From positions 4,447,866 through 4,511,865 of the forward strand of contig CM119266.1 in assembly GCA_051294375.1 (NCBI GenBank): a DNA stretch of 64,000 bases. The letters are read 5' to 3'. Position 1 is the first letter of the stretch. Each line of letters starts with the position of its first letter. Made by a program: the position numbers and the translations under genes. Source of the DNA: Paraspadella gotoi (taxonomy: Eukaryota; Animalia; Chaetognatha). The notes under the pieces are model-generated. The model was not told the origin of the DNA. It was given only the letters and a program-made list of their open reading frames with translations, and searched no databases. Shown piece by piece: positions 33,645 through 46,127 of this stretch.

Positions 33645-35716
33645 TATCTTAATCCTCTAAAATCCTTTCAAAAATATTCGCTTCTCCTTTTCCAACCTTT
33701 TAAATCTCGCTCCTTGATTAAATTCCCTCCCCCGTCACTCACTCCCTCTCCCTCTCTCTTATATTTAGCCTTTTCTTCCTTTTTTTTTAAACTTTTTTTA
33801 TTTAAATCTTGACTAAAGATTTCCGATGTTTGTTTTCGAATTTGAGCTTTGAAAAGAAGCCGAAAAAGAAAGGGGGAGCTTTCTGGGTGTTTTCCTTTTA
33901 AAGATACGGGATTAAATTAAATCCGGGTTTTTAAAAACAAAAGACAAATCCAGTGGCTCCAACATCCATGAATCTTTATTTAAATCTCGATTAAAAATTG
34001 TCGTGGAAGGATAAAGCCGATTTTAAAGGCCAGCCTTATGGTTTTAGGGGCCGGATTAAGGGTTTTTAAGGCCATCTTAGGAACGAACATTTTCATAAGG
34101 TTGAACCGCGTAACTTAAACGCGAGTCGAGCCTTAAAAAAAAGCTTAAACCCCAAACCGTAAATTATTAGGATTTTGAACCGAAAAGATGACGGAAGCTG
34201 GAAGATGAATTTAATATTTCGATAATTCAATTAAACCTGACACATTCTTCCTTAACTTTCTTTTCTCTCATTCTCCTTTATCCCTGATATAGAATAAAAT
34301 TCAAGGTCTATCAAAAAAAAATATTTTCTAAATTATGCAATAGCCCTATCATGGCATATTATAGCACACCATAGGTTTTTTTAGTTAAATAATTTTTATG
34401 CCCCAAACTTTGTTGTTTTGTTTTTTTTCTTCCGGTGCAAAAAGAAAGGCTGAAGTATAGCGACCTCTAGCCAAAGTCGAAACTTATTTCCATCGTAAAA
34501 TAAAACAAAGCTAGACTAAAAATTTAATAAAATATTGCATTATTGCTAATAATATTAGAATATATTGGAATAAATATTTATAAATTTGTGGGTACCGTCT
34601 CCTAATATTCTCATCCCTTCAAAAAAATCGATTCGCCAAATCGTCATTCCCCAATTTTCTCCTCCAATTGTCAAATTCAATTTCTAAATCCGTTAATTTT
34701 TTTTTCCAGTAGAAGGAAAGAATTAATTAAAAGAAATGAATCCTAGAGGAAATTCGACGGCGACCGCCGCAGCAGCGGGAGCCGCAGCGGACGCTCTCGA
34801 GCAGCGTCGAAGATCGTGACGAAACCCGGCAGCTGCAACACCTTCATTGTTGTTGAGAATTGTTGGACGCGAAATCGCATTTGTTTCTTGACTTTGATTG
34901 ATGCGACGGTGCGGAAAAAAAAAGAGAGAGAGAGAGAGAGAAATTTATTTTAAGAAGATGAAAAGTTCATCTCGGTTTTGAAACGGAAAGACCGACCGAC
35001 CGACTCACCCAAGTCTCGAACTTGGACGGAAAGTCTTTAGAAGGTATTTTTTTGTCAATTGCCAATATATTTAAAAAAAAATTATTCTTATTTTTCGATA
35101 TGATTTTATGCGAGAAGTACCTAGAGGCAGTTAATAAAAATAAAAGCAGTTTAGCAGAGATAGCGAACCAAATAGCACATCGTAATTTTTAAAAAATAGG
35201 TAAATATTCGTTCGCATATTTTATATTATGGCTGTAGTAACTTCTTGTTAATCTTTGGATTTATTCGCTATCTTAATAATAATATAAAACCGAGCAAAGT
35301 TCTCGAAAATATGTATTTTGTTTGACTTTTTTTTAATATTCTTTCAAAAGTTGACAAAAATATGCAGCAGGATTAGATGTCGCTTTTGAATTTTTTTTAA
35401 ACTTTCCCGTACGTCAAAAAAAAAAAACAAATGACAACTTCACTGATCTAAATAAAAGCAACATAAAGAAATACATTACAACACAAAAACTAGAACATAT
35501 TCTGCGACTCAGTGTAGCAATTATAATTGTCAACTCATCATTGTCATCGTCGTCGGCCTGTTCATCATTTATCCCAGAAAGATTTAAACCGACGCCGAAG
35601 CTTAAATTTCCCAAATAAGAACCGAACGATCGTCTGAATTTTAAAATCCGATGACCAAACGTTGACAGGATTTTCGGCTTCGTGAGTCTGGGAAAGTTGA
35701 GACCGAAAATATTACT

Positions 35717-35782
35717 TGTCGGTCAGGCTTGTGTCGGTCAGGCTTGTGTCGGTCAGGATTATGTCGGTCTGGCTTGTGTCGG
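35717..35782 (+). repeat. 15 bp tandem repeat TGTCGGTCAGGCTTG x~4.4
   Basis: Head-to-tail units; they explain the HKPDR / SVRLV repeats in the track ORFs. Confidence 0.9.
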
Positions 35783-36739
35783 CCTCGCGTCACGTGATCG
35801 AGGGCAAAGGTGAGGCTCAAGATTATGAGACTCGAATGAGCCAATGGGTAAGTAAGCGTCTAGACGGGGATAAGACAGAGGTAAGTCGCGGTCAAGACTC
35901 GGAGAAGGTGAGGTTAAATCGAAGGGAAAATGTTTTGAAGTCTCGATGGAATGGAATCAAAGGCTGAGATGGAATCTTTTTCGGTCTCAGACAGATTTAG
36001 TGGATTTGGTAAGAGTCTCGTATTTTGTGAAGTTATTACAATTATCACACTTGCTTGCATACTGCATAGTGAAATTCATACTTTCTCGTTCTGCACCTGG
36101 GATAAGTCTCTGGTTGAAACTCGGAGAAAAAAATATTTTAGGGCCCCGTAAATTATGACATAAATAGCCAAAATATGTTTTATTCAATACGCTCTATTTC
36201 ATTTTAAAAATAATTTACGCCAGATAACATTTTAAAAATACTTTCATGGTTCAAAAGACTGTTAGAATTAAAAATCATTCACCATTTTATTTCTTTTTAA
36301 CAAAATACTATTAAATACAAAGATAAATAAACAAACCGCATAATATAATAATAGATAACCGTACTAACAAATGTATAACACAATGAAACACGAAGCAGAA
36401 ACTAATTAATGCTGGTTGAACATGTTTAGCGCCAATCAGTTTAGAATAAAACAATTACCCTGCATTTTGATCTTAAATATTACTCTCCGAACTTGTTTTA
36501 ATCATCTTTGCCATATGCAAATTATATTTTGACAGAACAAAGAAATTTGTTATGAACAAACCCAGGACGAAAATAAAACTACGCTTTGGCGAGAAATGGC
36601 ACCAAAACACGAATATGCAAATTAGATTGTTAGCCTTTGATCTGCGTTTGGATTCAGAATTCGAGGAAATCAACAAAGAAAAAAAGTATGTCAGCAGAGA
36701 GAGAGAGAGACGGGCAGACGAGAGAGAGAGAGAGATAGA

Positions 36740-36786
<47 letters not shown>

Positions 36787-36886
36787 GAAGAGAGAGAGAA
36801 GAGAGTAAAGAATTTATTGCCCAAGTTATAGGGAAAGTTAAGGAAACACAATGTTAAAAAGGCCATAACTAAACTTTGTCTTTCTT

Positions 36887-36959
<73 letters not shown>

Positions 36960-38642
36960 TCTAACTCAACCCTCTCCTCTCGATCCTTTTCTCCATCTCT
37001 GTCTTCCTTCGATCTTTTCAACTTCGATTCGCGGTTTTTCATTTTTCGTCTTCGATTTCGAAAATGAAAATCGCGTCGGGAGACCGAACTCGATGTTGAA
37101 GACGCCGCCGCCGCCGCTTCTGCCGCCGCTGCTGTCGCTGCCGTCGCTGTTGCCGTCAAGGACGCCGCCGCCGTCGCCGTCATCCGGCGTCTCGGCGTCA
37201 GATGTCACGACGCCGAGTTCCGTCGAACGTCGACGCGTGAATTTCAACATGACCGAATTCGCGTCGTTTAGTTAATTTCTTTAGTTTAAACAATTAGCAT
37301 AATCCACGTAAGAAAAAGAGTTAAATTATCATTTTCATTGAATAATGTTTATTCGTCGATCCCTTTTTTGCTTTCAGGTTTAACGCTCGATAGAATTTAT
37401 CGAGAATATTAATTATGTCAACTTCGATTATTTTTTTTAATCTCATTTTCGCAACACTTCCTTGGAATTTTGGGTCACAAGAAAAAACGAAGAAACGCGG
37501 ATTCGTTGAGGGAAAAAATCTGAAAAAAAATCTGAGAAAAAATCTTAGATAAATCTGAAGAATTGGCCGAAAAATCTCGCAAAAAAAAACAGTTTTTTCC
37601 CCCCAAGTTACGGCGGTCAATTGTTTCTTTGGAACGAAATGAACTTTTCACGCAATTTTTTAGATTCTTGATTTTAAGATAAGAGATATACGGAAACGAT
37701 CCTGTAAATAAATACGAAATAATGGAACTGAAACTGTTCTATTATGATAAATATTATTTTATTATTTTATTATCTAATATGATAAATATTATTTCATTTT
37801 AGGGCCGGGTTTCAAATTTTAATCAAAAAAGTTTCAGTATTGGAAAAGTAACTTTGTAAAGTCTTCGAAATGTTTCTTAGTTTTTTTTTCTTTGAAATTG
37901 TACAACCAATATGAAATTTATCCGTCCTATGTCATGTGAGAGCACTTGTAAGATTACACACGTGTTTACACTTTGCATTGTTGTATCAAATTATAAAAGA
38001 CGTTTAAAGCATCCAACTCAATATTTAAACCATAATAATTCCGAAAATTTTAATTATAAGACGGGCGTTCTAGAGCACGTGACGAAAACTGGCAGTAAAG
38101 GCAGCAAATAAAGAAAGAAAATAGTAAATACGAAGCAACTCAGATATTAACTTGTGGTGAAACGTCCGTAAATTGATGTTGAAAATTAAGAAACTCAGAA
38201 ATTAACTTGAGGTGAAACGTTCATGAATCAATTTTGAAAACGAAGCAACTCAGATATTAACTTGCCGATGAAATATTTGTTTGAATCGAACCGGAGCGAA
38301 TTTTTTTTCGATTTATTTAAATAAAAAAATATTTTGTTTCATGATTGCTATATTGACTCATACAATTAAATATTTGTTTTCTTAATTCGAACCCAAAAAT
38401 AAATCTCGGTTTCTTTTTGTTTTCTTTTATGGATTTCGATGCACGAAATCGAAAGAAAAAAAAATGAGGTGCGCAAATAAATTGAGTCTCGATTTTGGAA
38501 GATTCCATTCGTGCATTCGTTGTCTCCATTACGAGATGTGACGCGTCATGAGAAAACTTGGAAACATAATAGGCCGACGGTTGACGGGGGTTTTTTGGCC
38601 AACTCAATTTCAGTATTTAAATCGGGATACCTTTATTCAAAA

Positions 38643-38710
<68 letters not shown>

Positions 38711-38734
38711 CTGTTTACGAGTATAATAATAATA

Positions 38735-38771
<37 letters not shown>

Positions 38772-40361
38772 CAATTATAAAAATAAATGAAATAAATTTA
38801 TTCAAATGTTTCGTTTTCCCACGACCCGTTACACGTTCCGGTTCCATGGATGAACGACTCAGAAGAAAAGTGAAAAGAAATCAAAATCCTCGTCAAAACC
38901 GAATGCAAATCTCAGATCCTCAAATTCCGCATCGATGTAACGAATAAAACTATTGTTTCTTCGTTACAGCGTCATTTTTATCGTCGTCTTCGTCATCGTC
39001 GTCATCAATGAACTAAATTCCGGTTTTTGTTTTTCGTTCGTTTTTTTTTTATCTCGGCTACACTGTAGCCTACAGACTACAGACGTGACTCTATATCTCA
39101 TTTTTTGGTCCGTCCGTCCGTCTGTGTGTCGATAGTAAAGTAGGATGTATGAAGTAAGATGAAAAAATTAATTAATTATGTACTCGGTTTAATGTCATCA
39201 TCTGTCATCACCCGAATCGTCCACATCTTGGAAAATCAGCCAAAAAGTCGTGGCAGTTCAAACAAGCCTATTTATCGGTAAAAAGAATACACCTAAAAAA
39301 ATGAAAATTAAAAGAAATAAAGAAAGTAAAACAATTTTAAGCATATAAATAAACCAATGCAGTGACTATTTCTTTCTATTTTTCTTTCTCTTCTGCCTGA
39401 GGCCACCATTTTTCATCCTTGTGCTCGTCCCGCCCTCGTCGTCGTCGTCGTCGTCGTCTCTACGGTTTCTACCCCTCGGGTTCCAACATCCCGACCACCT
39501 GAGACGCCGAAGGCATCCGCAATCGCATTGACATTCCGCGTTCTTCGACCACTAGGCTATTCCATGCCATGCCATGCTATGCTATGCTATTTAATGCTAA
39601 GCTATCTATCGCTTTCCCTTAAATAATTTACGAACGATCATTGCCAATGTACTTACATTTATTAAGTAAAAATAGGCTTGGAAAAAGAACATTTTAATAG
39701 CTATGAGAAATCATCGCAAGACTGTATCTGTTTATTTTACACCGTCAATAAATAATAATAGTAATAATAGAAATAACTCCGACAGGGAGGGGGAAGCAAA
39801 ATTTGGTAAAAAAAGGTGACGAGGTTTTATTATTTCGATACAAAAATTTAGGGAAAAAGATTTTACAATTTCCTAATTTGTTGAGGGGAAAAAACACTTG
39901 ATTACGATATGAGATAAAACATGAAAAACGAATAAGAATATTTAACATTTAATAGCGATAATTTCCGAAGAGGATAAGAAGTTGGGTTGGAAAGTCACTA
40001 ATTCTTTTTCTATTTATAGGTCATTTTCGAATGAAAAATAAGTATTAATTAATGATAAAGCAACACGCAAAGATATAAACCGGAATGATGATAAGAGATT
40101 TAAACAGAATAAAATAGGAAAACAGAATTGGGATCCAAAACTTTAAAAAATCATTCGAGTATTTTTGTTTATTTAAGATTGAAATACAATTTTTTTTAAA
40201 AGACCTTTTTTCATATTTTTAATTCTTAATATTTATAATTCTAATGAAATTGGTACAACAAATATAATATTATATAATATTATCATTGCAAATAATTAAA
40301 ATAAAATTTAAACTTTTAGATCCCAACCCTGTAACCAAATTTCTCTTCATTTCTAGTTAAT

Positions 40362-40940
40362 TCAACAACTGATTCTTTGCGGCATCGATGACGTCATATT
40401 CAACGCGACGCCGGCGATGACGTCACGAGCGCCGCCTCCGATAACTTCACGATTTCCGCCGATAACGTCTCTTCCGTTGGCGTTATCGACGACGTCACGT
40501 CCGACACTGTTACGTCCTGCGATAACGTCACGCGGTCCGGCGCCGTCGCTCGATCTTCCGCTCAATGAAGACGGCGTCATCGAGGATCGATGGACGCCGA
40601 CAAAGTCTCCCGTTTTCGTCCGCGCCACTGACCCCGACGACGCCGCAGCGGCTGCAGACGCCGCTTCAACTCCAACGACCTCTGGCGGCGACGGAACCGG
40701 CGCTTTTTTCTCGGCGTTGGGCGGCTTAAAGACGCCGGTGGCGCCATCCAACGTCGCCTTCATTCCTGTGACGACGAGAGCGGCGTCGCCGAAAGGAAAA
40801 CACGCGGCGCCACCGAATCCGGAACCGGAAACGGCGCCGCTGCCGGGAGAGATCGCGCCGGATGAGAGAAACGGCGAAGACGACGATAATGGAGACGATG
40901 AACGTTGACCAGAGTTGTGCGCATGCGCGAGAGCGGCAGC
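40362..40940 (-). CDS. Gbx: Probable terminal coding exon of Gbx (192 aa Ser/Gly/Ala-rich extension)
   Basis: GC-rich island flanked by AT-rich DNA. Acceptor cctccctctttatcAG|GCT at 40941/40940 is phase 0, matching the upstream donor. The frame AAALAHAHNSGQRSSSPLSSSSPFLSSGAISPGSGAVSGSGFGGAACFPFGDAALVVTG continues into track ORF 40362..40763 and ends at TGA 40362-40364. Confidence 0.72.
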   Translation of the reverse strand, partial: AAALAHAHNSGQRSSSPLSSSSPFLSSGAISPGSGAVSGSGFGGAACFPFGDAALVVTGMKATLDGATGVFKPPNAEKKAPVPSPPEVVGVEAASAAAAASSGSVARTKTGDFVGVHRSSMTPSSLSGRSSDGAGPRDVIAGRNSVGRDVVDNANGRDVIGGNREVIGGGARDVIAGVALNMTSSMPQRISC

Positions 40941-41235
40941 CTGATAAAGAGGGAGGTTATTGGTCGGTCAGTTATTTATTTATTTATTTCTAAGTTTATT
41001 TATTTATTTGTTTATTTACTTATTTTTGATTTATTTATTAGTTAATCTATTTATTTCTTAATTTTTATATTTATTTATTCAATATTAATCTTGTAGAGAA
41101 ATACCGATTGAAAAGTATAAAAATAATTTTGTTATTTAGTTTTAATTTAATTATTAAATCTTTTATTTTTTTAATTATTGTTGTACGTTTTTAATTTTCT
41201 TTTTCTGCCTTTTCCTGCCCCTCCATCTCCATCAC
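40941..41235 (-). other. Probable GT-AG intron before the terminal Gbx exon
   Basis: 295 nt, begins GTGATG and ends tttatcAG, AT-rich with (AAAT)-like repeats, phase 0 at both ends. Confidence 0.7.
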
Positions 41236-41466
41236 CTGCTGGGCCGACCTCGCCGCCTTCTCCAGCTGTTGATGTTGAGACCTGATGGCGAATCGATTGA
41301 CGTGAACCGGGATCGGGACGACGAGTTTCGTGGCGCCGCCGCCAGGGGCGCCGCCGGCGGTGGGCGTGGCGCCTAGTGCGCCCGCGTTACCGGCCGCGCG
41401 ACCGTGAGCGATTCCCGCTTTGACTCGCTTCCATTTCGCGCGACGATTTTGAAACCAGATTTTGAC
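41236..41466 (-). CDS. Gbx: Gbx/unplugged homeobox gene, exon with helix 3 (residues 45-60) and the conserved Gbx C-terminal motif
   Basis: 231 nt (77 codons): VKIWFQNRRAKWKRVKAGIAHGRAAGNAGALGATPTAGGAPGGGATKLVVPIPVHVNRFAIRSQHQQLEKAARSAQQ. VVPIPVHVxRFAIRSQHQQLE is diagnostic of the Gbx family. Acceptor is cccttAG|GTC and donor is CAG|GTGATG. Confidence 0.96.
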
Positions 41467-41757
41467 CTAAGGGTGAGATTAATGAATTTATTTCGATCAA
41501 TCAATCAATCCGTTAATGAATGAAGCAATAAGTCACTCCAATCATTAGAATCCATCCACAAATTAAAACAAAAAACTAGAAGATCAACTACAATCAATTA
41601 CAATCAATTACAATCAACTAACTTAGCAAAAAAAAAAAAACAATTATTAAAATAAATAGGGATAAAAAATTGTAAATAGGTATTGATAAATATCAATTAT
41701 TTAATCAATTAATTATTTAATCAATCAATCACAAAATTAATCAATATATCTAATAAC
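41467..41757 (-). other. GT-AG intron within the homeobox (between codons 44 and 45)
   Basis: 291 nt AT-rich segment bounded by GT..AG; removing it joins ...SEVQ to VKIWFQNRR in frame. Confidence 0.93.
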
Positions 41758-42014
41758 CTGCACTTCGCTTAGCTTGAGCGTGTGGGCGATCTGCGACCTC
41801 TCAGTCAAACTCAAATATTTCTTGGCGTGAAATTCTTTCTCCAGCTCCAGCAATTGTTCGCTGGTGAAGGCTGTTCGCCGCCGGCGTCCTTTGTTTCCGC
41901 CGCCGCCGCCGCCGCCGCCGCTGCCGCCGCGATCGATGAGCGACGCTGCGTCGTCGACGGCGACGTCGTCGTCGTAGTCGTCGATGTCTACGTCGTCGTC
42001 GTTAGAATCGGCGC
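41758..42014 (-). CDS. Gbx: Gbx/unplugged homeobox gene, internal exon (acidic tract, poly-Gly, homeodomain residues 1-44)
   Basis: Manual reverse-complement translation gives [85 protein letters not shown], a Gbx-type homeodomain. Acceptor is ttcctttccccaaacAG|GC at 42015/42014 (phase 1) and donor is CAG|GTTATT at 41758/41757 (phase 0). An in-frame TAA at 42043-42045 with no intervening ATG means an upstream exon is required. Confidence 0.96.
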
Positions 42015-42523
42015 CTGTTTGGGGAAAGGAAGTAACGATTTGTTAACGATTTGTTAATAGTTGGTAACGATGCAGTACAAATACTTAAGTCGATTCGGTA
42101 TTATGAATAAACGTGCTTTAACATTTGTATGAAAACAAGAATAGCATACTATTGCATTGTTCATTTGTTTCTATTCTACCTAAAAGCCTCATTTCCATCC
42201 TTATTTGCATATTATTTTTTTTAACTGGCAAAAAAAAATCAGCAGAAATAATTGTTTGATTCGCAACGAATTTTTTTTTATATCTGCACAGTTTGAGTGA
42301 TCGTACTAATTGCCTCTCTCCATCGTTTTTCTTTAATGTTTTATCCTAATATATACATTAAAATAAAGAACTCAGAACTATTACTTTTCATAAATCATTA
42401 TTTTATACATATTATTATCAAAATAGTATTTGTTTTGTTGGGTCAACGCAGTCTTAAAATAGGAAATTGTTTTCTCTCATTACAAAACGGGAAACAAAAC
42501 TTTTTCAAATTCCTAGAACTAGA

Positions 42524-42560
<37 letters not shown>

Positions 42561-42819
42561 GATTATTATTATTATTATTATTGTTTGAGCTTGCCTCTAA
42601 TTTTTCTGACTTTATGAGACGACGACCGAGAATTCAACGATGTTTTAAAAAATGTTTATTGATATTGAAATAATTGGCGACGATGTATAAAAACAGTTCC
42701 AAGTTTTAAAAACGTTAAAAACACTTTAAAAAACACCTTAAAAGCAACGTGAAAACGTTCGACGTCGAGGCTTAACGAGGCAACTGCCTCCGACTTTTCT
42801 TAAATTTCAAACGTTAAAA

Positions 42820-43172
42820 TAACCCAGATATTTGCTTTCTTCTTCATATTAATCGTTGTCGTTGTCGTCGCGACGTTCCGTCTCGAATCAGGAAACTTGG
42901 GACTCGGATGTCGAAATCTCTGCCGTCGAACGTTGAACCGTCCTGCCCCTACGGCGACGCCCGCGTTGCGCACCGCGAACGCCAATACAATTATTATTAT
43001 TATTATTGTTATTATTATTATTATTATTATTAAACAGTTGTTCATTTTTATTCATTGTCTTTTTATTTTCTGAATCGAATGCAAAGTTGTAAGCGCCAGT
43101 CGTCGTCACGTGATCGATCGAACTCTTAAGACAAAAGAAACGCTTGATGACGTCATTAATGGCGTCGTTAAA
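42820..43172 (-). other. Possible additional upstream exon or regulatory island
   Basis: CpG-rich segment after a (TC)n polypyrimidine tract and a ttgattcAG acceptor-like site. It reads FNDAINDVIKR...poly-Asn...RGRRRRGR and stops at 42888. I found no phase-1 donor compatible with the exon starting at 42014. Confidence 0.2.
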
Positions 43173-43185
43173 CTGAATCAACGGA

Positions 43186-43245
<60 letters not shown>

Positions 43246-43746
43246 AGAAGAGAAAGGTGAAAAATTGAAAAAAACTAGAAAATGGAAAATGAATTAAAGA
43301 GAGAAAATTAAAAAAAAAATTATTGTCTTTCGTTTTTTTCTTGTCTTTTCTTTTTTTTTCTCTTCTTTTTTCTTTTCTTTTCTTTTCTTTTCTTTTCTTT
43401 TCTTTTCTTTTCTTTTCTTTTCTTTTCTTTTCTTTTCTTTTCTTTTCTTTTCTTTGTTTTACATCTTTTCTTTCTTTTTACTTTTCTTGTTATCAATTTC
43501 TCTTCTTTTTCTCTCTCGTTTTACTTTTCTTTTAGCAACTTATACTTATCACAAATCTCTCTCTCTCTCACTCTCTCTCCCATTTTTCTTATTCTTTCCT
43601 TTTTTTTCCTTTCTCAGATTTCCCTTTCCTTTTTTTTTCGTCTCCTCCCCTTCATCTGCCTTTCGTCTCTTTTTCCTTTTAGCCTTTTGACTTTTAGCTC
43701 CTTAAATGACTTTTGCTCCTTTGAGGCGTTTCTCATAAAACCGGTC

Positions 43747-43788
<42 letters not shown>

Positions 43789-43798
43789 CTTCTCTCTC

Positions 43799-43829
<31 letters not shown>

Positions 43830-44914
43830 TGTGGCGGAGGCGTGCCTCGATTCATTGCCCCTTGGCTCAATCAAGACACGGCGGCTTCTTTCATCTTTTG
43901 ACCAAAAAAAATATGTAACAAAAATAAAAATCAAAAATCTAAGGAATTCGTGATAGTAAGTATAACAATAATAATAATAATAAAAAAAAATAATATAATA
44001 TAACAATGTCATATACAAAGATAATATACGTTTTTATAGTTTGAAATGGGAACATCTAATTTAGAAATTATCCATACATTCAATGAATAAATAATAATTC
44101 ATTAAACAAGCTTATAGATAGTATAGTATTTTTATCGAATGTAATGGGATAATTATCAAATAAACTTACTTTGGACATGCCTCCATCCTAATACAAGTTA
44201 ATATAACATCTAGACACTTCAAACAAACAAACTCTATTACAGTCTAGTTTAGAATCACCCACAGCCCTTAACCTCCCTATCAATGAAGTGGAATAATATT
44301 CTAATATTTCAATATTTCAAATTTATCGTAAACTAATTAAAATTCAAATTAGACTTTTAATTTACAATTTATAAAAAAAGACGTAAGGTTCGTCGACTTT
44401 TTTTGATGGCGCCATCGCAATTTCTTTGGGCCCAGAATTTCGGCGGCAAGAAAATGAGATTGTGATTGCAATGAAGGTAGGAGGGCGGGACTACATGGTC
44501 ATTGCAAGCTGATGGAATTTAAAAAACTTATAATTTTAAGGAACTATAAAAATGATATATTTATGTAAATTGATTTATTAGCAAAATAAAATTACGCATT
44601 TTTATTTGTATTTATGAATCATAATTAGTATAATAAATATTTTTTTATACAAAAAAATTTGAAATACTAATCTTTAATAGATAAAAAGTTACAATATTTT
44701 AAAACCCAAACAATATAATTATTAACAATCTATATTTTTTTAACAAACAACATTCGTTTGTTGACTCGCTCTTCTCGCAAAACCCTGTAGCGACGTGAAT
44801 TCGGGAATTTCGGCCTCAAAAAGCCATCGGCGCGTCAGGTGTTTCTCAGCACCTGCCATAAAACATCATCATTCCCAAAAAAAGAGTTTGCAAATTTCCC
44901 AAACGGCCATCGAC

Positions 44915-44976
<62 letters not shown>

Positions 44977-45466
44977 CACGATTATGGGGTAATGGTTTTT
45001 GTATATTTTTGTTTTTCCAGTTCTGGATATCAACCCATTTCCGGGAATTTCCTCGAGAAAAACCGTCAAATATCATATTTTTCCGTCCGAATTTTTTTCG
45101 TCAAAAAAACGTGTTTTTCTCGTTTACGGTGATGGTCGTCGTCGTCGTCGTCGTCGTTCGTCATCATCATAACCATTGCCGTCATTGTCATCGGTCGTCG
45201 TCGTTCGTCATTTCGTTCGTCGTTGTCATCATCGTCGTCGTCTTCGTTCGTCGTCGTCGTCTTCATTGTCGTTCGTCGTCGTCGTCGTCGCGGTCACCCG
45301 TTTTATAGAGAGCCTCGTTTCAAGAGTCACATAAAAGTGAATATGCGCGATAGAAAACTCGTGAGAATCTTTCAACGAAATTGTTTTATTATTTCTCACA
45401 TTTCATAAAAGTAACGATCTTTTTTTGTGAAACCATTTTCTTACTTTTCTTTTTTGGCAGTTCTGA

Positions 45467-45506
<40 letters not shown>

Positions 45507-45585
45507 TTTTTTCCTCGGGACGAAGTTTAGACCGCAAAGAAATGGTTGTCTGCGGTTTTGGTCTTTTGGACTTAAACGCTAGTCA

Positions 45586-45648
<63 letters not shown>

Positions 45649-45980
45649 TCCCTGATTGCTTTCCCACAATTGTTCTTTCTTATGGTCCTTCCAAACTGTT
45701 TATTGGATAATTTTCTCCCCAGAAATCGCGCGAGACCGAAAATTGCGCGGGCACCGGAAACGAACCCCAGACGTCAACTCGCTTTTTCTAGAATTGGTTT
45801 AGCTTTCGCCTTTATGCTTTGTCTTTTTATTATTTTTTTTGGTAATAATTGTTTATGATTGACTTTTTAGATCGATTGGATGATAAACTAATTAAATAAA
45901 AAATTGATTAATTGTACTATTGTATGATTCGCTGACTTAATAATTTATTGGTGGATAAGTTTATTTCATTTAATGGTTTC

Positions 45981-46127
<147 letters not shown>

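Noticed and set aside
38131-38270. Three ~23 bp repeats (GAAGCAACTCAGATATTAACTTG) with ~32 bp spacing, CRISPR-like geometry
   Set aside because: The spacers resemble each other (ggtgaaacgt..ttgaaaa), so this is a degenerate ~55 bp tandem repeat. The context is eukaryotic and no cas genes are present.
40417-40908. 163 aa plus-strand ORF
   Set aside because: It is the antisense shadow of the GC-rich Gbx terminal exon; the splice signals support the minus strand.
41495-41745. TGATTGAT Pbx-like sites in the homeobox intron
   Set aside because: They cannot be distinguished from (TCAA)n low-complexity repeats without conservation data.
41782-42057. 91 aa plus-strand ORF with poly-Ala and poly-Val
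   Set aside because: It is antisense to the homeobox exon.
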